From a virus, in the IMG/VR virus record IMGVR_UViG_3300042197_003251, positions 17,018-81,017 of that record: 64,000 bases of DNA. One strand, 5' to 3'. The notes under the pieces are model-generated. The model was given only the letters and a program-made list of their open reading frames with translations, ran no database searches and was not told where the DNA came from. How positions within the stretch are numbered: position 1 is the stretch's first letter; each line of letters begins with the position of its first letter. Shown piece after piece: positions 28,700-38,646 of this stretch. Both the position numbers and the translations under genes were made by a program.

Positions 28700-29479
28700 T
28701 TATTTAAATTTTTCTTTTTTTCTTATTAAGAAGTTATCTTCAGATGAATTATACAAAATATTTTTAATTATCTCAATGTCTGAGGCGGAATTAATCTGAA
28801 TTACGTAAATATTATTTTTTTTACTGATTTTTGGTTTTTTAATAACCCCATTATCATTAAAATACCCCAAAATCCAAGTTAAAACTTCTTTAGTACCTAA
28901 TAAAGTAAATTTTAATCTTCCGTTGTATTTTCCGATACTTCCATCACCATCAAAATAACCTCTAATAAAATGGCTAATGAACTCATTTTCTAACTTTGGT
29001 GGCAATAATATTAAACTTTTATTTGTCACACACCCTAAATTAATTAAATCGTCCGCCATTTTTGAACTATTAATTTCTAATTTATAACTTAAAAAATTGT
29101 CTTTAATACTTTTTCTAAGTTTATAATTTGAATTAAGGTCTTTGATAAATTTTTCTATTAGATATTCGTCTCCATTTTTTAAAGATATTCCAACAACACC
29201 ACCTTGTTTATGTTTACCATTACATTGTTTTCTTTTTCTGACATATCCATCCGCATATAATAAACCTAACCAATACGCCTTTTCATTACTATCAATCTTT
29301 TCAAAATAATCTTCATTACAATCATATTTACGTATTCTAGATTTGATATTTTGTTTAATTAAAATATTTCCAATACTCCAAGGGCTAACACTATACTTTT
29401 CAGATAAAAATTTGTAACTGTTACCTAACAAATATTCATTGCAAATGTTAATACAATCAATTTCACTTAATCTTTTCAT
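28700..29479 (-). CDS. LAGLIDADG homing endonuclease (two motifs)
   Basis: AYWLGLLYADGYV and HFIRGYFDGDGSI. Confidence 0.93.
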   Translation of the reverse strand: MKRLSEIDCINICNEYLLGNSYKFLSEKYSVSPWSIGNILIKQNIKSRIRKYDCNEDYFEKIDSNEKAYWLGLLYADGYVRKRKQCNGKHKQGGVVGISLKNGDEYLIEKFIKDLNSNYKLRKSIKDNFLSYKLEINSSKMADDLINLGCVTNKSLILLPPKLENEFISHFIRGYFDGDGSIGKYNGRLKFTLLGTKEVLTWILGYFNDNGVIKKPKISKKNNIYVIQINSASDIEIIKNILYNSSEDNFLIRKKEKFK

Positions 29480-29615
29480 AATACTCCTTTACCAAATTCT
29501 GTATGAATTTGGATACGCTAATTTTTTCTAATCTCATTTTATCAAAAAGATACTTGTCAATACTAATCCCATATTTGACTTTTTTATCTTTTTCTTCTTT
29601 TTTTGGTCTTCCCAT
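29463..29615 (-). CDS. Small ribbon-helix-helix-like protein (50 aa, not in ORF track)
   Basis: MGRPKKEEKDKKVKYGISIDKYLFDKMRLEKISVSKFIQNLVKEYY; overlaps LAGLIDADG start. Confidence 0.75.
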   Translation of the reverse strand: MGRPKKEEKDKKVKYGISIDKYLFDKMRLEKISVSKFIQNLVKEYYEKIK

Positions 29616-29711
29616 ATTATATAAATATCATGAAAATTAGTAAAAGTGCGTTATTAAATAAAAAAATAATTTTCTGTTGAAAAGTTAATTACGTTTTATT
29701 ATTAATTACAT

Positions 29712-29954
29712 ATGGAAAATAACGATTTAAAAAACAATATTAGTAAAGTTTTAAATGCTAATGTTATTGAAGATAGTAAAACTTGCAAAAGTTGCGGTAA
29801 AGGTAATTCAACTGAAGAAAAAAAATGTAGAAGTTGTAATCAAGTTAAAAAGAAATTGACGCCATATATTTTAATTTCAGTTGGTGTTTTTATGTTTATG
29901 GTTTACGGAATTTATAAAGCTGCGGTTGAAATAATTTCATCATTTACCCAATAA
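29712..29954 (+). CDS. Small Cys-motif membrane protein
   Basis: CKSCG...CRSC followed by a C-terminal TM helix. Confidence 0.65.
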   Translation: MENNDLKNNISKVLNANVIEDSKTCKSCGKGNSTEEKKCRSCNQVKKKLTPYILISVGVFMFMVYGIYKAAVEIISSFTQ

Positions 29955-30407
29955 CCTTTTAAGTAGCTCTTGTTTTGTAATTACGTTTGAATTTTTTACG
30001 GAATTAACTTTTTTGTTTTCAGTAACAACTTTGGTTGGTTTTGATTCTTCTTTTTGTTCTACGACCTGAACTCTCATTTTAGGTTTTTCTTCCTCTTGTT
30101 CAGCAATTTGTACACTTACCTTCTTATTTGTAACTACTGAAAAGTCTGAAGACCACGGCTCAAAATATACATCATCAGCGATTACTTCAAGTCTCATGTT
30201 TCCAATTTTTCCTTCTTGTAGGAAATTTTTTGTTTTGGGTATGGTTACTTCACATTCACCATTGCTCTGAATTGAACCTTTAAACATAAAGGACATTTCA
30301 TCCGATTCAATTACTAATCTTACTTGTGATTTTGCTAAAGAAGTTCCTTCTACTTCAATATTGCAATTAAACTTGTTTGGTTTGTCAGTATATAATTTAT
30401 AAGCCAT
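29940..30407 (-). CDS. Phage hypothetical protein (beta-rich)
   Basis: 155-aa ORF. Confidence 0.75.
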   Translation of the reverse strand: MAYKLYTDKPNKFNCNIEVEGTSLAKSQVRLVIESDEMSFMFKGSIQSNGECEVTIPKTKNFLQEGKIGNMRLEVIADDVYFEPWSSDFSVVTNKKVSVQIAEQEEEKPKMRVQVVEQKEESKPTKVVTENKKVNSVKNSNVITKQELLKRLLGK

Positions 30408-30408
30408 A

Positions 30409-30735
30409 TCACTTTATAAATATATTGACTTTTACATTTTTCTGTTCTTTAAGTGACAATTCTATATCTTTTAATTTAATTTTTACTTTGGTGTTTTTGT
30501 TCTTGTTAACTCTTTTTTCAAATTCAATTTCATCAACATTAAGTCTAAGAAAAAGTTTTATTAAAATCTCTTTTTCATCGTCAGGAAGAGCATCTAATCT
30601 TTCCCTTATTTTATAAGAAGAAATGGCGCCACCACCTTTTAATAATTTTTCAATTATACACCCCTCAGCCCAAGTAAATGGTGCATCTAACCAAGCGTAT
30701 GGAGCATCATCCCACGCATAACATATTGTTGCCAT
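30409..30735 (-). CDS. Phage hypothetical protein
   Basis: Repeated WxDAPxxW at N-terminus; TATTTATA upstream. Confidence 0.7.
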   Translation of the reverse strand: MATICYAWDDAPYAWLDAPFTWAEGCIIEKLLKGGGAISSYKIRERLDALPDDEKEILIKLFLRLNVDEIEFEKRVNKNKNTKVKIKLKDIELSLKEQKNVKVNIFIK

Positions 30736-30754
30736 TAGTTATAAATATGAAAAA

Positions 30755-31681
30755 CTACAATCTGGTGTGTTTAACATATAATCTGACATACAAGTCCCCA
30801 TTCTCATTTGGGTAACCTTTTCCTTTAACTTTAAGTGGAACGCTTGTGTCCACAGTTTGTGGCATCTTAATTTTTAGTTCTCCGTGTGGATGCGGAATTT
30901 TAATCTCATCCAAATTCAAATCATTTATTGATAAGAAATTATTAAAAACCAAATCACCGGCGACTTTTTCAAAACCATCTTGTTGATTAACATTAATTTT
31001 GAAAATCATATCTCCAAACATTCCATTTGCAAAATCTCCCATAGATTGCGCTCTAACCAATTGTCCATCAGAAACTCCAACTGGTAAATTCATGCTTATT
31101 GTTTGATGTTCATCAATTCTTCCATCACCTCCGCAATGATTGCAAGTTGATTTAAAATGAAACCCTCTTCCACCACATGCCCCACAAGCTGTTTGAATTA
31201 TGTTTTGCATAAAATGATTTCCAACTCTTTGCATAATCCGGCCAGAACCTCCACAGTTTGAGCAGGTTTGTCTTTCCCCTCCTTGCCCACCACAAGGGTC
31301 ACAATTTATTTTTCTTGTAAAATTAACATCAATTTTCTTTCCCAAAAATGAATCAACCGCTCCAACCTGAATGTCCATAACTCTGTCTGGTGCTCTTCTT
31401 TGTTGTTGTCCCCCAAAGATATTTGAAAATATGTCAAACGGATTTCCGCCCCCACCCATATCAAAACCAAACTGACTAAAAGGATTGTTGTTTCTATTAT
31501 CATATTCATTTTTTTTCTGTTCGTCTGACAGAGTTGAATAAGCTTCATTAATTTTTTTAAATACGTTTTCGTCCCCACCTTTATCAGGATGAAATTCTTT
31601 TGATTTATTTCTAAACGCTTTTTTTATTTCATCTTGTGTTGCGGTTTCCTGAACCCCAAGAATATCATAATATGTTTCCAA
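30755..31681 (-). CDS. dnaJ: Chaperone DnaJ
   Basis: J domain HPDKGG, G/F region, four CxxCxGxG repeats. Confidence 0.96.
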   Translation of the reverse strand: METYYDILGVQETATQDEIKKAFRNKSKEFHPDKGGDENVFKKINEAYSTLSDEQKKNEYDNRNNNPFSQFGFDMGGGGNPFDIFSNIFGGQQQRRAPDRVMDIQVGAVDSFLGKKIDVNFTRKINCDPCGGQGGERQTCSNCGGSGRIMQRVGNHFMQNIIQTACGACGGRGFHFKSTCNHCGGDGRIDEHQTISMNLPVGVSDGQLVRAQSMGDFANGMFGDMIFKINVNQQDGFEKVAGDLVFNNFLSINDLNLDEIKIPHPHGELKIKMPQTVDTSVPLKVKGKGYPNENGDLYVRLYVKHTRL

Positions 31682-31719
31682 AACTATATTTTTTTAAATT
31701 TTATTATATTATATATACG

Positions 31720-32361
31720 ATGAATAACTTTAACTTTCAAGTCATCCTTTTTAAAAATAATAAAAAAAAGAAAATTCTCAAATCTTTTATTACAGAAAAA
31801 AGGGCAAATGAATTTTATAACAAAAAAATTGATGAGTCATCTAAAGTGATTTTTCCAGTTGAAATGGAAAATGGTAAAAAATGTAAATTTAAAATCGCTT
31901 TAGTTTCAAGTGAACCCAATTTTGACAACATTTATTATTTGGATGAACTCGGAAGAAATGTGTCAATTAATCCAAAAATATCTGATTCACTATACATTAA
32001 AAAAATTAATACATATAATAAAGAAGAAAAAATTTTTGATGTCCTAAAAAAAGAAAAACTAACAACAAACCAATTCTTTAAAAACTATATTAAGAAGGGT
32101 GAAAATTATTTGTTATCAAAACTTAATAACAAACTTATTCTACAGAACGATGAAAATTTTGTTTTGTTTTCATTAAAAACGGATGATGATTGTGGCAGAT
32201 TTTTAAATTGTATTGAATATTCTTCTATACCAAAAACTTTTATGATAGTAAGGGATGTTTCATCACCTCAACGAAAATACATTTACGAATTACTTAAAAA
32301 CGCCGGATTTGATATTGGGTTTTTATACAGGAGTTCTACGACTCATCCAAAAGAAAAATAA
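31720..32361 (+). CDS. Phage hypothetical protein
   Basis: Start moved to MNNFNF to avoid overlap with dnaJ. Confidence 0.75.
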   Translation: MNNFNFQVILFKNNKKKKILKSFITEKRANEFYNKKIDESSKVIFPVEMENGKKCKFKIALVSSEPNFDNIYYLDELGRNVSINPKISDSLYIKKINTYNKEEKIFDVLKKEKLTTNQFFKNYIKKGENYLLSKLNNKLILQNDENFVLFSLKTDDDCGRFLNCIEYSSIPKTFMIVRDVSSPQRKYIYELLKNAGFDIGFLYRSSTTHPKEK

Positions 32362-32560
32362 AGTCCATACCTGAAATATCAACTTTAAACTCTTTTACAT
32401 CAGCGTCTGGAACATCTTCAAATTCCAAAAGCACTCTTCTAAAATCATTATATTTTAATTCAAGTACGAGCGTAGCTTTTGCGGTTAATTGAGTTTGTAT
32501 CTCGTCCGTTAGGGTTGCAAGTTTCTTTAGAAATTGAGGGCTCTTTTTATTCTCTGCCAT
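32336..32560 (-). CDS. Hypothetical protein
   Basis: 74-aa ORF in operon. Confidence 0.65.
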   Translation of the reverse strand: MAENKKSPQFLKKLATLTDEIQTQLTAKATLVLELKYNDFRRVLLEFEDVPDADVKEFKVDISGMDFIFLLDES

Positions 32561-32706
32561 AAACTTAATTTTTTTTCTTTTGGGATTATGTCGTCCTTTG
32601 TTTTTCCGACCAAATTAGAAATTAACTCTTTTTTATATTTTTCAATCTCTGCTTGGTCACTATTCTTGGACTTCTCCAAGTATTTCAACATTCTCTGATG
32701 TTCCAT
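32527..32706 (-). CDS. Small hypothetical protein (59 aa, not in ORF track)
   Basis: MEHQRMLKYLEKSKNSDQ...KLSLWQRIKRALNF; bridges the operon gap. Confidence 0.6.
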   Translation of the reverse strand: MEHQRMLKYLEKSKNSDQAEIEKYKKELISNLVGKTKDDIIPKEKKLSLWQRIKRALNF

Positions 32707-33103
32707 TTGGTTTTAAAATGCTTTTCTTTGTTTGTTTTAAGTCAAAAGATAAATTTTTTAACTGGTCTAATGATTGATTGTTAAATATATTTTTAAGTTC
32801 ATCAATTTTTGATTGGAGCAGGTTTTCTTTCATTTCTCTTTCCAAATTATAATTGATAATCCCAATAATGTTATCATGTGTTTTTTTAAGTGCTTCTGAA
32901 TTCATTTCACTAACGAAAGAAAAAACATTTTTGGTTCCATCTTCGTTAATTCCCTGAGTTACAAATTTGTCTTCTATTACAAATTTTTTGAGGATTTTCC
33001 AAGAATTTGGAAACTCAATATCAAATATCAAATAATCTTCCAACTTTCTTATTTGCTGAAGATATTCAAGTATATTACCTATTTCAAGATTTAAACTTTT
33101 CAT
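32660..33103 (-). CDS. Hypothetical protein
   Basis: 147-aa ORF. Confidence 0.75.
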   Translation of the reverse strand: MKSLNLEIGNILEYLQQIRKLEDYLIFDIEFPNSWKILKKFVIEDKFVTQGINEDGTKNVFSFVSEMNSEALKKTHDNIIGIINYNLEREMKENLLQSKIDELKNIFNNQSLDQLKNLSFDLKQTKKSILKPNGTSENVEILGEVQE

Positions 33104-33282
33104 GATTGGATTAAATATGTGATTATATAAGATAAACTTAAACCTAAAAATAAAAGCCCTGTTTTACCTAAATCAAAAAGTTCCGGCTTAACGAGGGCTT
33201 TTATAAATTTAAAAATTACATTGACAACATATAAAATGCTGAATATAAAGAAAAAGACAAATATTGTTTCTAAATTAAACAT
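33100..33282 (-). CDS. Small two-TM membrane protein
   Basis: Two hydrophobic helices. Confidence 0.7.
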   Translation of the reverse strand: MFNLETIFVFFFIFSILYVVNVIFKFIKALVKPELFDLGKTGLLFLGLSLSYIITYLIQS

Positions 33283-33451
33283 TATCTTTTCTTTCTTTCA
33301 GAACTTCACCTCTAAAAGACTGCAATAGAGCTTTCAATTCCTGAGCGGTTTTGCGAGCTCTTGTACCAGCACTCTTATTTCCGTTATAAAATTTACCAGC
33401 ATCAAGGGCTAGAGTTTCTGTCAATGATTTGATTTTTTCAACTGTTTCCAT
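33275..33451 (-). CDS. Histone-H1-like (Hc1-type) nucleoid protein (58 aa, not in ORF track)
   Basis: DAGKFYNGNKSAGTRARKTAQELK matches the Hc1-family GNKAAGTRARK motif. Confidence 0.85.
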   Translation of the reverse strand: METVEKIKSLTETLALDAGKFYNGNKSAGTRARKTAQELKALLQSFRGEVLKERKDNV

Positions 33452-33501
33452 TTATCAAATATTAAAAAATGTTTATTACAATATCAATATTAATACTTTT
33501 T

Positions 33502-33981
33502 TTAACTATGTAAATTATTATTCTCCAAATTTTTATCTAACGTATAATAAATGTTTTGTAATAAATCAAGGTCTGACATTGTATGCGTTGCATCCAAATT
33601 AAATATTTCTTGAAAAAACTTATTTAAGGAATATTTTACTTCAGTAATTTTTTGGTTGTAAAAAGTTTCAGCGATAAAGTTTTTTAGGAAATCGTAATGT
33701 ATTCCACTTTTTTTAAAAAATATTTTTTCTTTTCCAAAATTATCAATGACTTTATCCCAACACCAATTGAAGTGATTTTGATTATCACTTTCGTCTAATC
33801 TAATATTTGTTGTCTTATCTATATCATTACCCAAATAAGTTTCATACATTATTAAAATAAGTGAATTAACAAAATCTGAAAAAAGTTCAAATTTTTGATA
33901 ACAAATATTGTTCTTATCAATCCAAAGTTGAAAATCTTCTTTATCTACTGGTTTAGATATATACGCAAAAAAATCCTCCAT
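33502..33981 (-). CDS. Phage hypothetical protein
   Basis: 159-aa ORF. Confidence 0.75.
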   Translation of the reverse strand: MEDFFAYISKPVDKEDFQLWIDKNNICYQKFELFSDFVNSLILIMYETYLGNDIDKTTNIRLDESDNQNHFNWCWDKVIDNFGKEKIFFKKSGIHYDFLKNFIAETFYNQKITEVKYSLNKFFQEIFNLDATHTMSDLDLLQNIYYTLDKNLENNNLHS

Positions 33982-34024
33982 ACATTATATATGGAGAATA
34001 TAGTTCATTTATTTTTTTTGTAAA

Positions 34025-35410
34025 TTATTGAGTCTTTTTGTTATAACCCATCATATTTTTCATTTTCATCATTTCTTCAGATAAAATTTGTTTTTCTTCT
34101 GTAGATTCACCAAGTTTTTTGAACATGTTATCAAGTTTACCTGATTTAGTATTTTCACCAGCAATATCAACTGGTTGTTTTACTCTGTTGTAACTTTTTC
34201 TTTTTTCTTGATTATATAAACCTAATTTTCTTCTTTTGTTAAGTTTTTTCCCTAACCCTGTATCTTCAGCGTTTGCATACTTTGGTGAATTTCCTGTCAT
34301 TTCAGAACCCTCAATTGTTTTTTCTAACCAATCTTCATTGTATCCAACTTCATCTGGGTCCAAATCTAACATTCCACCACCATAAGCAAAAGTATCAATA
34401 TACTCCTCAACAGCGTCTGATGGGATATAACTCTTTTTATCCATTTTAGCAAGTTGTCCATTACCTTTTGGAAAATGTTTTGGGTTTTCTTCAAAACTTC
34501 CTTTTGAACCTGCCTTAACGTAATCCCTCATTTTCTTAAAAGACTCTTGGTTTGCTTTTTTATTAATATCGTCATCTTTTTTATGAACTCTATCATATTC
34601 AACCATACCTTTTGACCTACCACCTGATGACTTTAAATTTGTTTTCTTTTCCTCAATAATGATTTCTTCAATCATACTAACAAGTTCGTTTTCGGATAAG
34701 GTAAGTTCTTCTCCACCAAAATTAATTGTATATTTATATGATTCATTTTTCACATCAAATTCTTTATTACCAACTTTAAATGTGCCTTTACCTTCCTCTT
34801 TCGCCCTTGCAAGTGCTCCAGTAAAAGCGTTTCCTTCTTCCATTTCATCGCCCTCAATTGATTCTTTAGTTTCTTTTTTATTACTCCTTAACACCTCAAA
34901 GTCTTTTGCATCTATTTTATTTGTAGGCTTTGCCTGTTTTGCAATATATTTTTGTCCTTTAGAGTATTCTTCATCTTCATCATCGTCTTCATCGTCCTCT
35001 TCGCCCTCATAGTCATATTTTTTCTTTAAACTTGCAGGAAATTTTTCACCAGGATGTTTTTTAGTGTAAGCCCTTTTTAATGCCTTTCTAAATTTTTCAC
35101 CTTCTTTCATTTCACCACAATCCCCTTCCATACATTCTTTTTCTTGTACATAATCAAACTCACCTGACATAACATCAGTTTCTTCTTCAAGTTCAATATC
35201 TGATAATGAATCATCAGTATCCATATTTAACTTTTTATCTAATAATTTTTTAAATCTTCTATAGTCTGGCATATCTTCCTGTTCATAATCATAATCTTCA
35301 GGACCAAAATCCTCATCCATTTCACCATTTATTTTTTTTGTAAGTTCTTCCGCCTTCTCATTTAAAGACTCCATTAGAACTTTTTTTACGATGTTATCTA
35401 TTTCTCTCAT
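34025..35410 (-). CDS. Acidic, largely disordered phage protein (candidate head/scaffold-associated)
   Basis: E/D/K-rich with many x-x-E sites; TATTTATA upstream. Confidence 0.7.
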   Translation of the reverse strand: MREIDNIVKKVLMESLNEKAEELTKKINGEMDEDFGPEDYDYEQEDMPDYRRFKKLLDKKLNMDTDDSLSDIELEEETDVMSGEFDYVQEKECMEGDCGEMKEGEKFRKALKRAYTKKHPGEKFPASLKKKYDYEGEEDDEDDDEDEEYSKGQKYIAKQAKPTNKIDAKDFEVLRSNKKETKESIEGDEMEEGNAFTGALARAKEEGKGTFKVGNKEFDVKNESYKYTINFGGEELTLSENELVSMIEEIIIEEKKTNLKSSGGRSKGMVEYDRVHKKDDDINKKANQESFKKMRDYVKAGSKGSFEENPKHFPKGNGQLAKMDKKSYIPSDAVEEYIDTFAYGGGMLDLDPDEVGYNEDWLEKTIEGSEMTGNSPKYANAEDTGLGKKLNKRRKLGLYNQEKRKSYNRVKQPVDIAGENTKSGKLDNMFKKLGESTEEKQILSEEMMKMKNMMGYNKKTQ

Positions 35411-35434
35411 TTGAATATTTTTTTATATAAATAC

Positions 35435-36283
35435 TTATTTTTTTGTGTTTTTTCTTACATCCTCAATAATAATTTTCATAATCAACTTTTCACTAATTCC
35501 GTATTGTTCTGCCAATTTTTTTGCTTTTTTCTTAACAATTGGACTTCTACTCAATTTAAGAGCGTTAATGTCCCCCTGATTGCAATAAGGGAATGTTTTA
35601 CACTTCTTTTTAACCTGAACAAATGCTCCACCAGGTATTTGTGTTTTTGACCTACCTCTCCAATCTTTTGGACTCATAGATTTTGCTCCAAATGCCGGTC
35701 CTGAATATTGTCCAGAAGAAGATGAACTTGTCGCTTCCTTTGTTTCTTTTTTTTCAACTTTTTCTAATTTATCATAATAAAATGGATTTTCTTTTAAATG
35801 GTCTAAAGCGATTTGTTTTGCTTTTGATATTCCCATATCGTGTTCCATTTCAACTTTTGTTCCTTTTTTAAATTGCGTTTGAATTATTTCAAGCATTTTT
35901 TCAATCTTTTCCTTTTGACTTTTACCTTCAGCGTCTTTGGAGTGTAATCTTGCAAGGTCTTTTAATTTTGCAATTTCTGTTCTTTCTGCTTCAGTTAAAT
36001 TTTCTTTTAATTTCTTTTTTCTTCCTTGACAATGGGCTCTCTGACTAAAACCTTTTGGGTTTTTACAATCAATACTTCTTTTGTATTTTTCAGACCATTT
36101 TTCTTTCATTTCTCCTGAAATTGGCGGTTCAAATGCGCCTGCTCCTCCACTACCAGTCGCTTCTTTATTTTCACTTTTTTTAATCATATTTTTAATATCT
36201 CGTAAATCTTCTTGACTTTTTGAGTCAGTATTACTTGAAAATGCTTTATCAAGTGCTTTCATAGTATTTTTTTTTATATCCAT
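35435..36283 (-). CDS. Phage protein with DUF5661-like domain
   Basis: GTKVEMEH...AKQIALDHLKENPFYYDKL; also WSEKYKRSIDCKNPKGFSQRAHC motif. Confidence 0.65.
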   Translation of the reverse strand: MDIKKNTMKALDKAFSSNTDSKSQEDLRDIKNMIKKSENKEATGSGGAGAFEPPISGEMKEKWSEKYKRSIDCKNPKGFSQRAHCQGRKKKLKENLTEAERTEIAKLKDLARLHSKDAEGKSQKEKIEKMLEIIQTQFKKGTKVEMEHDMGISKAKQIALDHLKENPFYYDKLEKVEKKETKEATSSSSSGQYSGPAFGAKSMSPKDWRGRSKTQIPGGAFVQVKKKCKTFPYCNQGDINALKLSRSPIVKKKAKKLAEQYGISEKLIMKIIIEDVRKNTKK

Positions 36284-36284
36284 T

Positions 36285-36533
36285 TTATCTTACGTTTTTA
36301 ATTCTTGGTTCCCAATAACCTCTTTGAGTCCACATAAATTGATAAAATTCAGAAAACATTTTTGCAACCAAATCTTTTACTTCAGTTCCAACTTTTCCTC
36401 TTTTGATTTCCTTATTAATTAAATCAACCATATGTTCTTCAAATTGTTTTAAAGTATTAGAAGCAAGAAAATCTTTTATTTCTTTTCTAGCAATTGTTTC
36501 TATTTCTTTTTTTTCAGAAGCTGTAAGTGCCAT
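36285..36533 (-). CDS. Hypothetical protein
   Basis: 82-aa ORF. Confidence 0.7.
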   Translation of the reverse strand: MALTASEKKEIETIARKEIKDFLASNTLKQFEEHMVDLINKEIKRGKVGTEVKDLVAKMFSEFYQFMWTQRGYWEPRIKNVR

Positions 36534-37132
36534 TACTTATTAACTTTTTGTGATGTCTTTTTTCTACCAGCAATTACTTTAGCCCATTTTGATTTGAACT
36601 TTTCGTAATATGTCTGTAGTTTATTAATCATATCAAGGTAATTTTCGTCAACTTTCATCATTTGACCCGATATATAAAGTCCATTACTCTCACCAATTGT
36701 GAAGTAAAACTCAACATCAAAATCAACTACAAGACCTGACCAGTCTGCGTTATTACTATATAAATTAAGCTGTCCAAAATTTGCCATATCTGACACTTCA
36801 TTAACGAACTCGTCCATAGTTTCTTGAAACGCAATTTTATCATCAGTTGTTAGTTCAGTTTCTTTTTTTGAGTCTCCGTGAATAACAAGAATTCCACCTG
36901 AAATTCTATAACCTTCACTAAAATCATTTGGTTTTCCTTCACTATCCTCAATATCTTGTTCTGTTGATTTAGGGACATTATATCTTTGAATGTCTCTTGG
37001 ACTATCTTCGTCTTCTGTAATCAAATATCCTTTTTTAATTTGACTAATATGTTCGGATATAATAGGATTACTACCATCTTTTAAATCGTTGATGGCTTTA
37101 AGTTGTTTTTTAATTAACTCAATTTGGTTCAT
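36533..37132 (-). CDS. Phage hypothetical protein
   Basis: 199-aa ORF. Confidence 0.75.
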   Translation of the reverse strand: MNQIELIKKQLKAINDLKDGSNPIISEHISQIKKGYLITEDEDSPRDIQRYNVPKSTEQDIEDSEGKPNDFSEGYRISGGILVIHGDSKKETELTTDDKIAFQETMDEFVNEVSDMANFGQLNLYSNNADWSGLVVDFDVEFYFTIGESNGLYISGQMMKVDENYLDMINKLQTYYEKFKSKWAKVIAGRKKTSQKVNK

Positions 37133-37721
37133 CTTCTATCAGTTTTTTAAACTCGTCAAAATTAAATGACGGGTTTGGGTCAGTATATTTATTATCATAG
37201 TTGCTACGGCACACTATACCATTAAATATCTTGATACCATCAACTTTTGTGTTGTGACCGATAAAAGTTTTGTTAATTGAGAATTTTTTTAATAATTTTT
37301 TTGAAATTTCAACGAGTGAATTAAATTGATTGTCTGTATAGTTGTCCCAATATAGTTTATCTCTCCATTTTTTTTCGTATGGTTTACCTTCAAAAAAAGA
37401 ACCAATCCAATTTACAAAATGAGTTTCAATAGGAATTTTTTTTAACCATCCTAAATTTTCAACAACTATTATTATTGAATTTTTATTTACCTCAACATCG
37501 TGAAAAAAATTTGAATATGAATCATCAGGAAGAATACTAATTACGTCACCTTCTTTTGTTATAAGGTAATTTGGGATTTTTCTGTAATTACCATTAAATC
37601 TATATTTTAAACTTGCAAGATATTCGTTTTTTGGTCTTGAAGTGTTACAAAGGATTATCTGTTTTTTATTTTTGTTTTTTTCAAAGTTTTTAAACTCACC
37701 AAACTTTATAACATCAATCAC
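37119..37721 (-). CDS. N-acetylmuramoyl-L-alanine amidase-like protein (Amidase_2 fold)
   Basis: PNYLITKEG, NSIIIVVENLG, YTDNQFNSL, IGHN, DPNPSFNF. Confidence 0.8.
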   Translation of the reverse strand: MIDVIKFGEFKNFEKNKNKKQIILCNTSRPKNEYLASLKYRFNGNYRKIPNYLITKEGDVISILPDDSYSNFFHDVEVNKNSIIIVVENLGWLKKIPIETHFVNWIGSFFEGKPYEKKWRDKLYWDNYTDNQFNSLVEISKKLLKKFSINKTFIGHNTKVDGIKIFNGIVCRSNYDNKYTDPNPSFNFDEFKKLIEDEPN

Positions 37722-38646
37722 TTTTTTTAAAATAGTTTAAAACTTTATATTTTTGGTCAGCGTCAACTGGTTCAGGTTTAATATCTTGAACCTCTGTTTC
37801 ATTTTCTGATATTTCTTCAGGGACTTCCTTTTCTTGCTCTGAAATTGTTTCCACAATATTTTCTTCAAGATTATTTTCAACTGGTGTTGTAGGTTCAGTT
37901 TTATTATGAATATTAAATTTTGGCTTACTCAATATTTCTTCAAACTTTTTAATATCTTCTTCAGTTGGTTCGTATCTTAAATTATCGTAATCAATATTTT
38001 CTTTTATTGGTCCCTGATATCCTATTTTACTTAAAAAATCATCAAACTTTTTAATATCTTCTTCAGTTGGTTTATACCTTATCTCGTCCTCTTCCTTTAT
38101 TTTATTTTTAATAAATTCTTCTTTTTGTAATTCATAATCTTCAACATTAACTTCATCTTCAGTAGTTTGTTTTAATTCAGCGTTTTGTTCAGAATATTTA
38201 ACAAGCATATGAGCAAAAGTTAATGATATGATTGGAAGTAGTCCACCAGTTAAAAAAGATAAAATTAATTTGTGTGATGCAATGTCGTCAACTTCAACTC
38301 CCATATTTTCAAAAAGACCTCCGACCATTGAAACCCAATCTTTAAAAATTTCAGAAGTTTCGTCAATATATGAAAAAGAAAAGAATACATTACCAATCAT
38401 TTGTATTAATGTGACAATTAAAAATGGTATATAGATAAATCTACCCATTCTGACTGATACTGCGGCAAGAGCGGACAAAGCCGCAATTTCAATACCGACT
38501 GATAAATAAAGAGCCCAACTCCAAGGGTTACTTATACCATAAAAACTTGTTACGTGTGATATAGAAACAAACGCAACAAGTAGTATGGGGATAACGAATG
38601 CAAAAACAATTATGTTTTTAAGATTTCTCTTAATCCAATTCCTCAT
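37714..38646 (-). CDS. Multi-TM membrane protein with acidic tail and internal repeat
   Basis: About four TM helices; RY(K/E)PTEEDIKKF repeated. Confidence 0.75.
   Translation of the reverse strand: MRNWIKRNLKNIIVFAFVIPILLVAFVSISHVTSFYGISNPWSWALYLSVGIEIAALSALAAVSVRMGRFIYIPFLIVTLIQMIGNVFFSFSYIDETSEIFKDWVSMVGGLFENMGVEVDDIASHKLILSFLTGGLLPIISLTFAHMLVKYSEQNAELKQTTEDEVNVEDYELQKEEFIKNKIKEEDEIRYKPTEEDIKKFDDFLSKIGYQGPIKENIDYDNLRYEPTEEDIKKFEEILSKPKFNIHNKTEPTTPVENNLEENIVETISEQEKEVPEEISENETEVQDIKPEPVDADQKYKVLNYFKKSD
37941..38072. repeat. 30-bp direct repeat within the membrane protein gene
   Basis: CAAACTTTTTAATATCTTCTTCAGTTGGTT at 37941 and 38043. Confidence 0.85.

Noticed and set aside
23441-29479. 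Homing endonucleases as intron- or intein-encoded
   Set aside because: Flanking genes (trxA, dam) look complete, with no intron core or intein splice motifs; they appear free-standing
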